A stretch of DNA of 64,000 nucleotides from Acidobacteriota bacterium (GTDB lineage Bacteria; Acidobacteriota; JAAYUB01), in NCBI GenBank assembly GCA_029565065.1, contig JAKQOW010000018.1:4043-68042 (forward strand). The letters run 5' to 3'. Made by a program: the position numbers and the translations under genes. Each line of letters opens with the position of its first letter. The first letter of the stretch is position 1. Of this stretch, positions 28,439-38,081 are shown one piece after another. The notes below the pieces were generated by a model. It saw only the letters and a list, made by a program, of their open reading frames with translations, had not been told where the DNA came from and did no database searches.

Positions 28439-28467
28439 CTTATATGAAATTTGATTGTTTCTGTCAA
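28439..28467 (-). promoter_or_regulatory. sigma-70 promoter of the FmdB-like gene with upstream A-tract
   Basis: Minus strand: TTGACA-17 nt-TATAAG, preceded by AAAAAAAATAATAAAAA (UP-element-like); about 27-nt leader to ATG 28405. Confidence 0.5.
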
Positions 28468-28513
28468 CATTTTTATTATTTTTTTTACAGCATCCTTTCC
28501 GGCCGCAAATCAC

Positions 28514-28542
28514 TTGACTCCCTGACGACAGTGATCCAATAT
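28514..28542 (+). promoter_or_regulatory. sigma-70-like promoter for aroD-aroE gene
   Basis: TTGACT-17 nt-CAATAT, 60 nt upstream of ATG 28602; divergent from the FmdB promoter. Confidence 0.4.
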
Positions 28543-28601
28543 CCAGCCGAATCCTTGAATTCCGTCATGATCACATTCGAATCCAACGGTGTGCCAGTCC
28601 C

Positions 28602-30074
28602 ATGACCTGTCTAACGCTCAGCGGCTCAGCTTCCCTCAAACCGGACGGCAAGTCGCGCCCCCCCGCTCCGTGGTCGGCATTTGAACTGCGTTTGGACCTG
28701 CATCCCGACGCCGCGCTTCCGCCCGCCGGCGACTTGCCCGCCATCTACACGTGCCGCCGGCGGCAGGACGGCGGACGGTTCGCGGGCTCCGAGGTCGAGC
28801 GGGCGGCCGTGCTGCGGCGCGCTCTGGCCGCCTGCCGGCCGGATGACCGCATCGACATCGAGTGGGACAGCGCGTTCCGCGACTGGCCTCGTCGCCATCC
28901 CGGCACCGGATTCATCGTGTCATATCATAATTTGTCGGTCACTCCGCCGGATCTGGACGGAATTCTCACCCGAATGGCGGCGGAGCCGGCCCGTGAATAC
29001 AAAATCATCACCGCCGCCGGAACGTGGCGGGATATCGTCGCCATCAAGCGGCTCCTGGCCGAGGCCCGGCGGCGCGCCATCCCCCTGACGGCGTATTGCT
29101 GCGGTCCCCTCGGTCCCGTCAGCCGCCTGCTGGCCCTGGCGTGGGGCACCTGGCGGCTCTACCTGGCCGCCACACCGCTGGTGCCAGGCATGCTCACCAC
29201 GGCGGAGTTTTTCAAGGTGTATCGCGCCCAGCGGGTGAATGTCGGCAGCCGGCTCTATGGCGTGGCGGGATATCCGGTGGAACGGTCTCTCTCCCCCTGT
29301 TTGCACAACTGGTTGTTCGAGATCCGAACCAGTCCCGATCTCTACGTTCCCCTGCCCGTTCCCGATGCGGCTGATTTCCTGGCGGCCCTGCCCGACCTGG
29401 ACATCACCGGCCTGAGCGTGACCGTCCCGCTCAAGGAGCACCTGCAGGGCCTGTGCGTTTCCTGCAGCGACGAGGCCGCCCGCATCCGTGCCGTGAACAC
29501 CCTGACCCGCGTCGATGGTGGCTGGCACGGTGACAACACCGATTGGTCCGGTTTCCGCGACGGCGCGGCCGGATTCCTTCCGGCCGCCGGCCCGGTACTC
29601 GTCCTGGGAGCGGGCGGATCGGCTCGGGCGGTGATGTACGCGCTGGAGCGGGCGGGGATCAAGCCGTTCGTCTGGAACCGCAGTCGGGAGCGTCTGGAGC
29701 GCCTGCTTGCGGACTATCCGGCTGTCCGGCGATGGGACGTTTCCCGCGCTTCGACCGTTCAGGCGGTGATCAACACTCTGCCACACGCTGCCGTGACTAG
29801 GTTGGACGAAGTGGGTTTGGGCGGGCATCCGCCTGTGCCGGTCTTCGACTTGAATTACGGGTCTCCCGCCTCCCGCGTTCTGAGTGATGCCGCCGCCCGG
29901 CACTGGCCTGTCCAAGATGGCTTGTCCATGCTGTATCATCAGGCCCGTGCCCAGCACCGCCGCTGGACCGGCGGCGATCCCCCCGTGAGCTGGGACCAGG
30001 CCCGCCAACTGCTCCTTCAGGCGGTGAGGGAACGATCGTCGAACGGCGAGCCTTCTTCCGGCGGCGATGACTGA
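28602..30074 (+). CDS. aroDE: bifunctional 3-dehydroquinate dehydratase (type I) / shikimate 5-dehydrogenase fusion
   Basis: 490 aa. N-terminal half has the AroD-I catalytic region (REYKIITAAGTWRDIVAIKRL, CCGPLGPVSRLL). C-terminal half is AroE (RLYGVAGYPVERSLSP, NTDWSGF, LVLGAGGSARAVMYAL). Confidence 0.7.
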   Translation: MTCLTLSGSASLKPDGKSRPPAPWSAFELRLDLHPDAALPPAGDLPAIYTCRRRQDGGRFAGSEVERAAVLRRALAACRPDDRIDIEWDSAFRDWPRRHPGTGFIVSYHNLSVTPPDLDGILTRMAAEPAREYKIITAAGTWRDIVAIKRLLAEARRRAIPLTAYCCGPLGPVSRLLALAWGTWRLYLAATPLVPGMLTTAEFFKVYRAQRVNVGSRLYGVAGYPVERSLSPCLHNWLFEIRTSPDLYVPLPVPDAADFLAALPDLDITGLSVTVPLKEHLQGLCVSCSDEAARIRAVNTLTRVDGGWHGDNTDWSGFRDGAAGFLPAAGPVLVLGAGGSARAVMYALERAGIKPFVWNRSRERLERLLADYPAVRRWDVSRASTVQAVINTLPHAAVTRLDEVGLGGHPPVPVFDLNYGSPASRVLSDAAARHWPVQDGLSMLYHQARAQHRRWTGGDPPVSWDQARQLLLQAVRERSSNGEPSSGGDD

Positions 30075-32740
30075 GGCGGGCGTGGCTCCAGACCGAGCCG
30101 GACAGCCGTGAACGACCCCGCAAACCCAGGCAGGCAAAGTTCCAGCCACTCCTCGGGCCGGACCGCTCCCGCCGGACCAACGTAGGTCGTGAAGCTCAGC
30201 TCGACGGCCCGCCCCGACTCGGTTGCGTCGGCCGCCAGCAGGAGCGAGCGCACCTCGCGCAGACGGCCCTCCTTGCCCGGCCGGCGGTCGACTACGGACA
30301 GCGACTCCTGCGCCAGGAGCTGCCGGATTCGAGCACGCAGCACTTCCGGCCGCGCTTCCCGCACGTCCGTCAAGGCGGACGGTCCGTCCACAAGCTCCGC
30401 TGTGGGCACGTCGATGCGGAACCGGGCGATCCCGGCCCAGCGGTCGATCGACGGTGCGTCTTCCGGCAATGCCTCCATCCCGACGAACGCGACGCCTTCG
30501 ATGCTGACCGCGTTCAACGCCGCCAGAGCGGATTCGCCGTCGCACGCCGCGCCCAGCCACACGTCCGCGAGTTCCCGTTCCCCGCCCACCCCCACACCGA
30601 GCGCCGGTCCGAAACTCACCTGTGGCCGGGGATGAAAGCCCTGCGTGTAACTCAGGGGCAGGCCGGACCGCCGCAGAATCCGCTGCATGGTCCGGACCAG
30701 ATCCAGATGGGAGAGCCAGGCCGCCGGGCCCAACTTCGTGAAGGTGATGCGGTACCGTTGAGCGGTGGTCTCTGCGGCGCCGGCCGTCTCCGATGCGGCG
30801 ACTTCCGCCGCTCGCCGGCTCATCTCGGCCAGTGCCGCCACATTCTGTTCCCGGCGCTCACGCATCGACGGAATGTCGCATCCCGCCCCGCACGCCAGGC
30901 AATGCGTGGTCACCGGCTTGTCGGGCGCCGCGGCCGGTCGCACGCCGCATGCCGGCGTGGTCCGACCTTCACTCGCCGCCGCCCACTCCCGGCGTAGAAA
31001 GGGTTCCGATGCGCCCAGGTCGATGTGCCCCCACGGCAACTCGCCGCCGGGTATCACGGGGGCCAGATACACAGACGGATCCACACGACATCGCTCGAAC
31101 GCGGCAGCCCATTGGTCCGGCCGGAAACACTCATCCCACCCATCGAAGCGCGCGCCCGACCGCCAGGCGTCCAGGATGACCGGGGTCAGGCGGCGATCGC
31201 CGCGGGACAAGATCGCTTCCAGCCGGCTGAGCCGAGCGTCGTGCCACTTCAGACGCACTTCGCGGGAGCGGAGGTGTTGCCGCAGCATCCGTATCTTGCG
31301 GGTCAGCGTCTCTGGGGCATCCATGCCCGCCCATTGAAACGGCGTATGGGCCTTGGGGATGAAAGACGCCACGCTTAGATTGACCTGAAATTTGCGCCGG
31401 CGGCCGCGATAATCCGGCTCCGCGCGGACCACGGCCACGATCCGGTCGGCCAGTTCGGCGATGCCGGCCACGTCCGCGTCCGACTCGAACGGCAGACCGA
31501 TCATGAAATACAGCTTGATCAAATCCCATCCGGCGCGGAAGGCCGCCAGGATGCCCTCGAGAATTTCAGACTCGGTCAGGTTCTTGTTGATGCGGTCCCG
31601 CATGGCCTGCGTGCCCGCCTCCGGCGCCACCGTGAAACCGGTCTTGCGCGTTTCGGAAACGGCCGCCGCCAGCCGGGCGCTGAGTCCGGACACCCGGAGC
31701 GAAGGGAACGAGAGCGCGACCCGATCCTCCGCCAGCCGGCCGGCCAGGACTTCCGCCAACATTTCGATGCCGCCGAAATCGGCCGAAGACAGCGAGGCGA
31801 GTGACACCTCTTCGTAACCGGTGCGCGCCACTGCCGTCTGGACCCAGTCTACCAGATCCGCCGCGTCCCGCTCGCGCTGCGGCCGATAGAAGAACGAGGC
31901 GTGGCAGTAACGGCACCCCTGCAGGCAGCCACGGCTGATCTCGGCCGAAACCCGGTCATGGATGATCTCGGTGTTGGGTACCACCAGATTTACCGGCAGC
32001 GGCATGTCGGCCAACTCGGGCTGCCAGCGCCGCCGGACCGGCATCGGGAGTCCTTCCCGCCGGGCCTGCTCGGCATCCACGACCATCCAGGGACCCGCCG
32101 CCCGCACGGCATAAAGAGACGGCACGTACACACCCGGGATCTCGGTAAAAGCGCGCAGCCAGTCACACCGCCGGGCGAACGACCGCTTCTGCGGGCGCAG
32201 CTTCGCCTCCAGGCGGACGATTTCACCGAACGCCTCCTCCCCCTCACCGATGAGGAACAAGTCGAAGCAGTCAGCCATCGGCTCGGGATTGGACGCCACG
32301 GGGCCACCGCCGATGACCAGCGGTGCGTGCGGGTCCCGATCCCGCGTCAGGAGCGGGATGCCGGCCAGGTCGAGGAGGGTGATCACATTGGTGAAGGTCA
32401 TCTCGTAGAGCAGGGAGAATCCGATCACATCGCATTCGCCCAGCGTCAGGCCGCTATCCAACGACCGCAGGGGCAGCCCCAGACGGCGCAACCCCATTTC
32501 CATATCCGGCCACGGGCAATGGAACCGTTCCACGGCCACACCGTCTTCCCGGTTCAGCCGGTGATACAGCAACCGGGAACCCCAGTGCGACATGCCGATT
32601 TCGTATGTATCGGGAAACACCAGCGCCACCCGGCTGCGTGCCGTGACCGGATCCCGACGGATCACGTTGAATTCGCACCCGAGGTAGCGGACCGGTTTTT
32701 GCACGGTCCGCAGCAGGGTCGGTGGATACAACAGATTCAT
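30017..32740 (-). CDS. B12-binding radical SAM protein (TIGR03960-like) fused to TIGR03936/DUF2344-like C-terminal domain (907 aa)
   Basis: SRGCLQGCRYCHASF radical-SAM CxxxCxxC cluster motif after an N-terminal B12-binding-like region; about 300-aa C-terminal extension. 3' end overlaps the aroDE 3' end by 58 nt (convergent). Confidence 0.65.
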   Translation of the reverse strand: MNLLYPPTLLRTVQKPVRYLGCEFNVIRRDPVTARSRVALVFPDTYEIGMSHWGSRLLYHRLNREDGVAVERFHCPWPDMEMGLRRLGLPLRSLDSGLTLGECDVIGFSLLYEMTFTNVITLLDLAGIPLLTRDRDPHAPLVIGGGPVASNPEPMADCFDLFLIGEGEEAFGEIVRLEAKLRPQKRSFARRCDWLRAFTEIPGVYVPSLYAVRAAGPWMVVDAEQARREGLPMPVRRRWQPELADMPLPVNLVVPNTEIIHDRVSAEISRGCLQGCRYCHASFFYRPQRERDAADLVDWVQTAVARTGYEEVSLASLSSADFGGIEMLAEVLAGRLAEDRVALSFPSLRVSGLSARLAAAVSETRKTGFTVAPEAGTQAMRDRINKNLTESEILEGILAAFRAGWDLIKLYFMIGLPFESDADVAGIAELADRIVAVVRAEPDYRGRRRKFQVNLSVASFIPKAHTPFQWAGMDAPETLTRKIRMLRQHLRSREVRLKWHDARLSRLEAILSRGDRRLTPVILDAWRSGARFDGWDECFRPDQWAAAFERCRVDPSVYLAPVIPGGELPWGHIDLGASEPFLRREWAAASEGRTTPACGVRPAAAPDKPVTTHCLACGAGCDIPSMRERREQNVAALAEMSRRAAEVAASETAGAAETTAQRYRITFTKLGPAAWLSHLDLVRTMQRILRRSGLPLSYTQGFHPRPQVSFGPALGVGVGGERELADVWLGAACDGESALAALNAVSIEGVAFVGMEALPEDAPSIDRWAGIARFRIDVPTAELVDGPSALTDVREARPEVLRARIRQLLAQESLSVVDRRPGKEGRLREVRSLLLAADATESGRAVELSFTTYVGPAGAVRPEEWLELCLPGFAGSFTAVRLGLEPRPPQSSPPEEGSPFDDRSLTA

Positions 32741-32803
32741 CGCCGTCGCTCCGCTGCTCTCGACTGAAACATTGGATGAGATCTCAGACCGGGGGAATTC
32801 GCC

Positions 32804-33889
32804 TCAGACCGTGTATCGGTGGATCCGGAAGTTGATCAGCAGACCCATGGCCATGAACGCGGTGACCACCGACGAGCCGCCCCAACTAAGCGGCGGCAAG
32901 GGGATTCCGATCACCGGCATCAAGCCGAGGGTCATGCCGACGTTGATGGCCAGGTGCACGGCGTAGAGCGCAATGATGCCCGCGCTCGCATACATGGCCA
33001 TTCGATCCGAGGTTTCCATCGCGATCGCCAGGCCGCGCTGAAAGATCGCCCCATACAGCAGCAGCACCAGCACGGCGCCAATGAAACCCGTTTCCTCACC
33101 GACTACCGCATAGATGAAGTCGGTGTGGCGCTCGGGCAAGAAGCCCAGTGCCCCCTGACTGCCCTCGCCCAGTCCGCGTCCGGTGAATCCGCCGGATCCA
33201 ATGGCGATGACTGACTGGATGGTCTGGTATCCGGTGCCCTTTGGATCACGGCCCGGATCGGCGAGGACAAGAATCCGCTCTTTCTGGTAATCCCGGAGGA
33301 CGAACCAGGAGCTGGCCAGGAGCAGGATCAATATGACACCCGCCAGCGCCACCACCCGCTTGCGAATTCCCGCCAGCAGGATCAGCACGATGAACACGGG
33401 CATCATCGTCAGGGCTGTCCCGAGATCGCGTTGGAGGATGATCATGCCCGTTGGCACCAGCATGATCAGGCCGGCAACCAGCAGAGTGACCGGGCGCAGA
33501 TACCGTTCGGGATAGTCCGCCAGAAACTTGGCCAAGGTCAGGATGATGACCAGCTTGACCACCTCCGAAGGCTGGAATGTCACTCCGCCGAGCCGCAACC
33601 AGCTCTTGGACCCGTGGATCTCCACGCCGATCAGGAGCACCACGGCCAGAACCAGCACCGACAGAGCGTACAGGATCCAGATGTGGTTCAGGACGACGCG
33701 GTAGTCCACCCACAGCACCGCCACGAACAGCAGCATTCCCAAGCCGAGGCGCACCAGATGCTTCTCCAGGTAAGGCGAATCCCCCGCCACCTGCGTGGAG
33801 TAGTAGATCTCGACACAGCCGATCAGGCAGAGCATCAGGAAGGCTCCGACCAGTATCTTGTCGAACTGCCGCCAGTCTTTATTGCCCAT
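32804..33889 (-). CDS. rodA: rod shape-determining protein RodA (SEDS family)
   Basis: 361 aa polytopic; FQPSEVVKLVIILTLAKFL, ERHTDFIYAVVGEETGFIGA typical FtsW/RodA motifs. Confidence 0.85.
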   Translation of the reverse strand: MGNKDWRQFDKILVGAFLMLCLIGCVEIYYSTQVAGDSPYLEKHLVRLGLGMLLFVAVLWVDYRVVLNHIWILYALSVLVLAVVLLIGVEIHGSKSWLRLGGVTFQPSEVVKLVIILTLAKFLADYPERYLRPVTLLVAGLIMLVPTGMIILQRDLGTALTMMPVFIVLILLAGIRKRVVALAGVILILLLASSWFVLRDYQKERILVLADPGRDPKGTGYQTIQSVIAIGSGGFTGRGLGEGSQGALGFLPERHTDFIYAVVGEETGFIGAVLVLLLYGAIFQRGLAIAMETSDRMAMYASAGIIALYAVHLAINVGMTLGLMPVIGIPLPPLSWGGSSVVTAFMAMGLLINFRIHRYTV

Positions 33890-35693
33890 GGCGCGCCTCG
33901 ACCAATCGATCGGCTCCCGGCGGGGGGTAAAGTTCGAAGTACTTGCGCATCACTTCCCCCGCGATGGGCGCGGCGGCCGTTCCCCCGTGGCCGCCGTGTT
34001 CGATGATCACGGCCACAGCGATGCGGGGCTCGTCCACCGGCGCAAAGCAGGCGAACCAGGAATTCTCCTTGAACCGGGTCTCGTAATTTTTCAGCCGCTC
34101 GGCCGTTTCGGTGTTGATCAGCTGAGCGGTTCCGGTTTTGCCGGCGACGGTGATGCCCTCGAGCCGCGCCCGGGTGCCGGTCCCTGAATCCACCACCATC
34201 TGCATGCCTTGAACGATCCGGTGGTGCAGTGCGGCGGGCAGCAGCGACTTCCGGTCCGGCCGGGACCGGTCATCCGGCTCCAGTCGGAGCCGGGGCACCG
34301 GCGGCTCGGTGTTGAGCGCGACGGCGCACATGAACCGGGCTACCTGGATGGGGGTGACGGACACCGCGCCTTGGCCGATGGCCACCGAGATTGTCTCTCC
34401 CGAATACCATTTCTGACCAAAGACACGTTGCTTCCATTCGCTGGAAGGCATCAGGCCGGCCCGCTCCGACGGCAGGTCGACCCCGCTCTTCACGCCCAAC
34501 CCCATGCGCACCGCCCAGTGATGAATCCGATCAACGCCCAGGCGGATCCCCACATTGTAAAAATAGATGTTGCAGCTATTGGCGATGGCGTCCAACAGGC
34601 TCACCGCGCCGTGGCCTGACGCATTCCAGCAATGGACCAGCCGGCCCAGCATCATGGTTTCGCCGGTACAGCTGAACTGGGTGTCTTCGGTGATGACGCC
34701 CTCCGCCAGGGCCGCCGTCGCCACCAGAATCTTGAAAATGGAGCCGGGGGCAAAGGCGCCCTGAATTACCTTGTTCTGCAGCGGCTTGTCCGGGTCTTCG
34801 ACCAGCTGGCGCCACTGGGCCGGCGTCAACTGGTTGACGAACAGGTTGGGGTCGAACTCCGGTTTGCTGACCAGGCAATATAATTCGCCGGTTCGGACAT
34901 CCATGGCAACCAGCGCGCCTTTCTGCCCTTCCATCAACTCCTCGGCCCTGCGCTGCAGTTCCGTGTCGATGGATAAGGTGAGGTCATGGCCCTTGCTTGA
35001 CGGGATCCGCTCCACCACCTGCGTGATCTGCCCGATGCTGTTGATGAAGACCTTCTGCTGCCCCTTGTCGCCGCCGAGCATCGAGTCGTAGAATCGCTCC
35101 AGACCGGTCTTGCCGACGATATCGCCCGGCCGCCGGCTTGCGAACGCCGTCTGTTTGAGTTCCCCGGGCGTGACCTCGCCCACGTAGCCATTCAGATGCG
35201 ACGCCATGGAACCCAACAGGTAGCGGCGGGTGGGCACCCACTCGAGCGTCAGCTCGGGAAAGCGCTCGAAATGAGCTTCGGCGAACGCAATCTCGGCAAA
35301 GCTGAGCCGGTTTTTAAGCACGATGGGGAACACGGTCGGCACCCGCCGGTATTCTTCCAGCTTCCGGTCCACAAAAGCCGGGTCCAGGCCGAACCGCTCG
35401 CGCAGCACGCGGAGCAGCATCTGATGATCTTTCATGTACTCCCGGCGAAGCACCAGCGAAAACGAGATCTCGTTGTCCACCAGCAGCCGGCCTTGCCGGT
35501 CCATGATGAGGCCGCGGGGCGCAGGAAGTTCGATGATCCGGAGGCGGTTCTGCTCAGCCTTTTCCCGGTAGTAGTCCGCCCGCGTGATCTGCAGATACCA
35601 GAGCCGGCCGAACAACACCAGCAGCACGCCGCCCAGGGCCAATTCAAACAGAATCAGGCGTTTCTGGAAGAGACTGCCGCTCGGGCCGAACAT
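33879..35693 (-). CDS. mrdA: penicillin-binding protein 2 (elongasome transpeptidase)
   Basis: 604 aa; N-terminal TM; PAPRGLIMDRQGRLLVDN; SxxK (STFK-like GSIFK), SxN, KTGT motifs. Confidence 0.85.
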   Translation of the reverse strand: MFGPSGSLFQKRLILFELALGGVLLVLFGRLWYLQITRADYYREKAEQNRLRIIELPAPRGLIMDRQGRLLVDNEISFSLVLRREYMKDHQMLLRVLRERFGLDPAFVDRKLEEYRRVPTVFPIVLKNRLSFAEIAFAEAHFERFPELTLEWVPTRRYLLGSMASHLNGYVGEVTPGELKQTAFASRRPGDIVGKTGLERFYDSMLGGDKGQQKVFINSIGQITQVVERIPSSKGHDLTLSIDTELQRRAEELMEGQKGALVAMDVRTGELYCLVSKPEFDPNLFVNQLTPAQWRQLVEDPDKPLQNKVIQGAFAPGSIFKILVATAALAEGVITEDTQFSCTGETMMLGRLVHCWNASGHGAVSLLDAIANSCNIYFYNVGIRLGVDRIHHWAVRMGLGVKSGVDLPSERAGLMPSSEWKQRVFGQKWYSGETISVAIGQGAVSVTPIQVARFMCAVALNTEPPVPRLRLEPDDRSRPDRKSLLPAALHHRIVQGMQMVVDSGTGTRARLEGITVAGKTGTAQLINTETAERLKNYETRFKENSWFACFAPVDEPRIAVAVIIEHGGHGGTAAAPIAGEVMRKYFELYPPPGADRLVEARHGQ

Positions 35694-36187
35694 TATGGCT
35701 GCTCCACCTCAAACAGATCGGCGGGCGGCCGGACGATCAGCATGCGCACAACCACGTTCCCGCATGCCGTGGCGGCCGCTCCCAGCAGGAGCGGGGTGAG
35801 CGACTGGGCGGGACAGGTCTGCCCGAAGATGACAAAAAGTCCCACAACGGCCAAGTTGTTGGCGCAGGCGAGCACGAAGACAAAGAGCGACTGGAGGGCC
35901 GGGTGGTCCATGTTGATGCGCCGGCACGCGAGGCTGGACAGGAAGCCGGCCGCCATCTTGGTGGTCGCCTGAATGCCCAGCGGATAGAATGGTGACAGAG
36001 TGAGATCGTGAGCCAGACCCGCCAGCCAGCCCCGCCAGACCGACTGAAGGGGGGTCGAACGGGTGGCGGCGTGGAACGTCAGGATCAGGATGAAATCCAT
36101 GAAACGCAAAGGTGCCCACACCTGCGGCAATACATATTGCAGGCCGGTCGCCACGACCAGCAACAGGAGGAACACCCAGGTTTTCAT
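35693..36187 (-). CDS. mreD: rod shape-determining protein MreD
   Basis: 164 aa polytopic membrane protein, placed between mreC and mrdA. Confidence 0.6.
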   Translation of the reverse strand: MKTWVFLLLLVVATGLQYVLPQVWAPLRFMDFILILTFHAATRSTPLQSVWRGWLAGLAHDLTLSPFYPLGIQATTKMAAGFLSSLACRRINMDHPALQSLFVFVLACANNLAVVGLFVIFGQTCPAQSLTPLLLGAAATACGNVVVRMLIVRPPADLFEVEQP

Positions 36188-37011
36188 GGCGCCGCTCCGG
36201 CCGTGCGCTTCAACACGAACACGTACCGGCAGCGGCTTGCATCCACCGCCGGCTGGACCTTGATCTCCTGGAAATACTGACCCGACTGGTCCGCCTCGAT
36301 GATGCGGCCGACGGTCAGGCCGGGTGGGAAAATGCCATCGTCACCGGAGGTGTGGATCCAATCGCCCGCCTTCACGGGTGCGGCGATGTGTACATAGTCG
36401 AACTTCAGATGATACCGTCCGGCACCGTGGATGATCCCGCGGATGCCCCGGGACTGAATGATCCCAGCCAAGGCAAACCCGGCGTTGGTCACCAGGGCGA
36501 CCTGGCTGTGTGCGAGCCCCGCAAGTTGGATCCGGCCCACCACGCCCCGCGTGTCCAACACCGGGAGATCCGGGACAACCCCGTCCTGGTAGCCGCCCCG
36601 GATGGTGAGAGTCCGGTCCCACACCTGGAAGCCGCGCATGGTGACCTCCGCCAGCACGGCATCGCGTCCGAATTCCGGCAGCACCCGCACCATGCGCTCC
36701 AGGCTGGCTGATCGGTCCAGCCGCTCTTCCATGAGCGTCTGCTGGATGCGGGCTTCAGCCAGCCGGCGCTTGAGAGCCAAGTTTTCGTCCTTGAGTTCCT
36801 TGACGGTGCGGAACGCCGACAACCAGTCGCCCAGGGCCGCCATGCCGCCGCCGGCGGCCGAGGCCAGCGGCAGAAACAGGTTGGCACAGACCGACTTCAA
36901 TACCGTCTCCCCGCGGCTGGTCTTGAACTGCAGAGACACCGCCACCAGATTCAGGACCAGCAGCGCGGACAAGAGCTGATATGATTTCAGGGACCTCAAC
37001 AGGTGGATCAT
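36184..37011 (-). CDS. mreC: rod shape-determining protein MreC
   Basis: 275 aa; N-terminal TM, coiled-coil (ENLALKRRLAEARIQQ), beta-rich C-terminal domain. Confidence 0.75.
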   Translation of the reverse strand: MIHLLRSLKSYQLLSALLVLNLVAVSLQFKTSRGETVLKSVCANLFLPLASAAGGGMAALGDWLSAFRTVKELKDENLALKRRLAEARIQQTLMEERLDRSASLERMVRVLPEFGRDAVLAEVTMRGFQVWDRTLTIRGGYQDGVVPDLPVLDTRGVVGRIQLAGLAHSQVALVTNAGFALAGIIQSRGIRGIIHGAGRYHLKFDYVHIAAPVKAGDWIHTSGDDGIFPPGLTVGRIIEADQSGQYFQEIKVQPAVDASRCRYVFVLKRTAGAAP

Positions 37012-37049
37012 GAACTCTCAAACAGAGCCGGACAGATCAAGCCGGAGCG

Positions 37050-38081
37050 TTAAATGGCCACCTTCCGCAACAGATCGAAGTTGCTGAGCATTTTGCCGAC
37101 CCCGAGAGCCACGCCGAAGAGCGGATTTTCTGCGATGAACACCGGCAGCTTGGTCTCGTCCATGATGCGCTTGTCCAGGCTCTTGAGGAGAGCGCCGCCG
37201 CCGGTCAGGACGATGCCCCGATCCACGATGTCAGCGGACAGCTCAGGCGGCGTCCGCTCCAGAGCGACGCGCAGGGCGTTGATGATCGTCGTGTTGCAGT
37301 CCGACAGCGCCTCGCGGATTTCCGAGTCGGTGATCACCAGGTTCTTGGGAATGCCGTCGATCAGGTTGCGTCCCTTGATCTCCATCGTCAGCTCTTTTTC
37401 CAGGGGGAAGGCGGAGCCGATTTCGATCTTGATCTGTTCGGAGGTTCGCTCGCCGATGAGAAGGTTGTGCTTGCGCTTGATGTACTGGATGATGGCCTCG
37501 TCCATCTCATCCCCGGCCACCTTGACCGTTCGGCTGTACACAATGCCGGAGAGGCTGATGACGGCGATATCGGTGGTGCCTCCGCCGATGTCCACAATCA
37601 TGTTTCCGGACGGCTCGGTGATCGGCAGCCCGGCGCCGATGGCGGCGGCCATCGCCTCCTCGACCAAGTAGACTTCGCTCACCTTGGCCCGAAGGGCGGA
37701 TTCCTTCACCGCCCGCTTCTCCACCTGGGTGATCTCCGACGGTACTCCGATCACCACGCGGGGGCTGATCAGATATTCCCGGTTGTGGGCTTTCTTGATG
37801 AAATACTTGAGCATCTGCTCGGTGGTGTCGAAATCGGCGATGACCCCGTCCTTCATGGGCCGGATGGCGACGATGTTGCCGGGGGTTCGGCCCAGCATCT
37901 CTTTGGCCTCGCGGCCCACCGCTTCGATGCGGTTGGTCAGCTTGTTGATGGCGACGATGGACGGCTCATTGAGCACGATGCCCTTGTTCTTGGCGTAGAC
38001 CACGGTGTTCGCCGTGCCCAAGTCGATCGCCAGGTCGGTGGAAAAGACACTGAATAGGGAACGCCAGTTCATGAGGATCAA
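37050..38081 (-). CDS. mreB: rod shape-determining protein MreB (actin homologue)
   Basis: DLAIDLGTANTVVYAKNKGIVLNEPSIVAI...DIGGGTTDIAV...LTGGGALL near-identical pattern to E. coli MreB. Confidence 0.92.
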   Translation of the reverse strand: MILMNWRSLFSVFSTDLAIDLGTANTVVYAKNKGIVLNEPSIVAINKLTNRIEAVGREAKEMLGRTPGNIVAIRPMKDGVIADFDTTEQMLKYFIKKAHNREYLISPRVVIGVPSEITQVEKRAVKESALRAKVSEVYLVEEAMAAAIGAGLPITEPSGNMIVDIGGGTTDIAVISLSGIVYSRTVKVAGDEMDEAIIQYIKRKHNLLIGERTSEQIKIEIGSAFPLEKELTMEIKGRNLIDGIPKNLVITDSEIREALSDCNTTIINALRVALERTPPELSADIVDRGIVLTGGGALLKSLDKRIMDETKLPVFIAENPLFGVALGVGKMLSNFDLLRKVAI

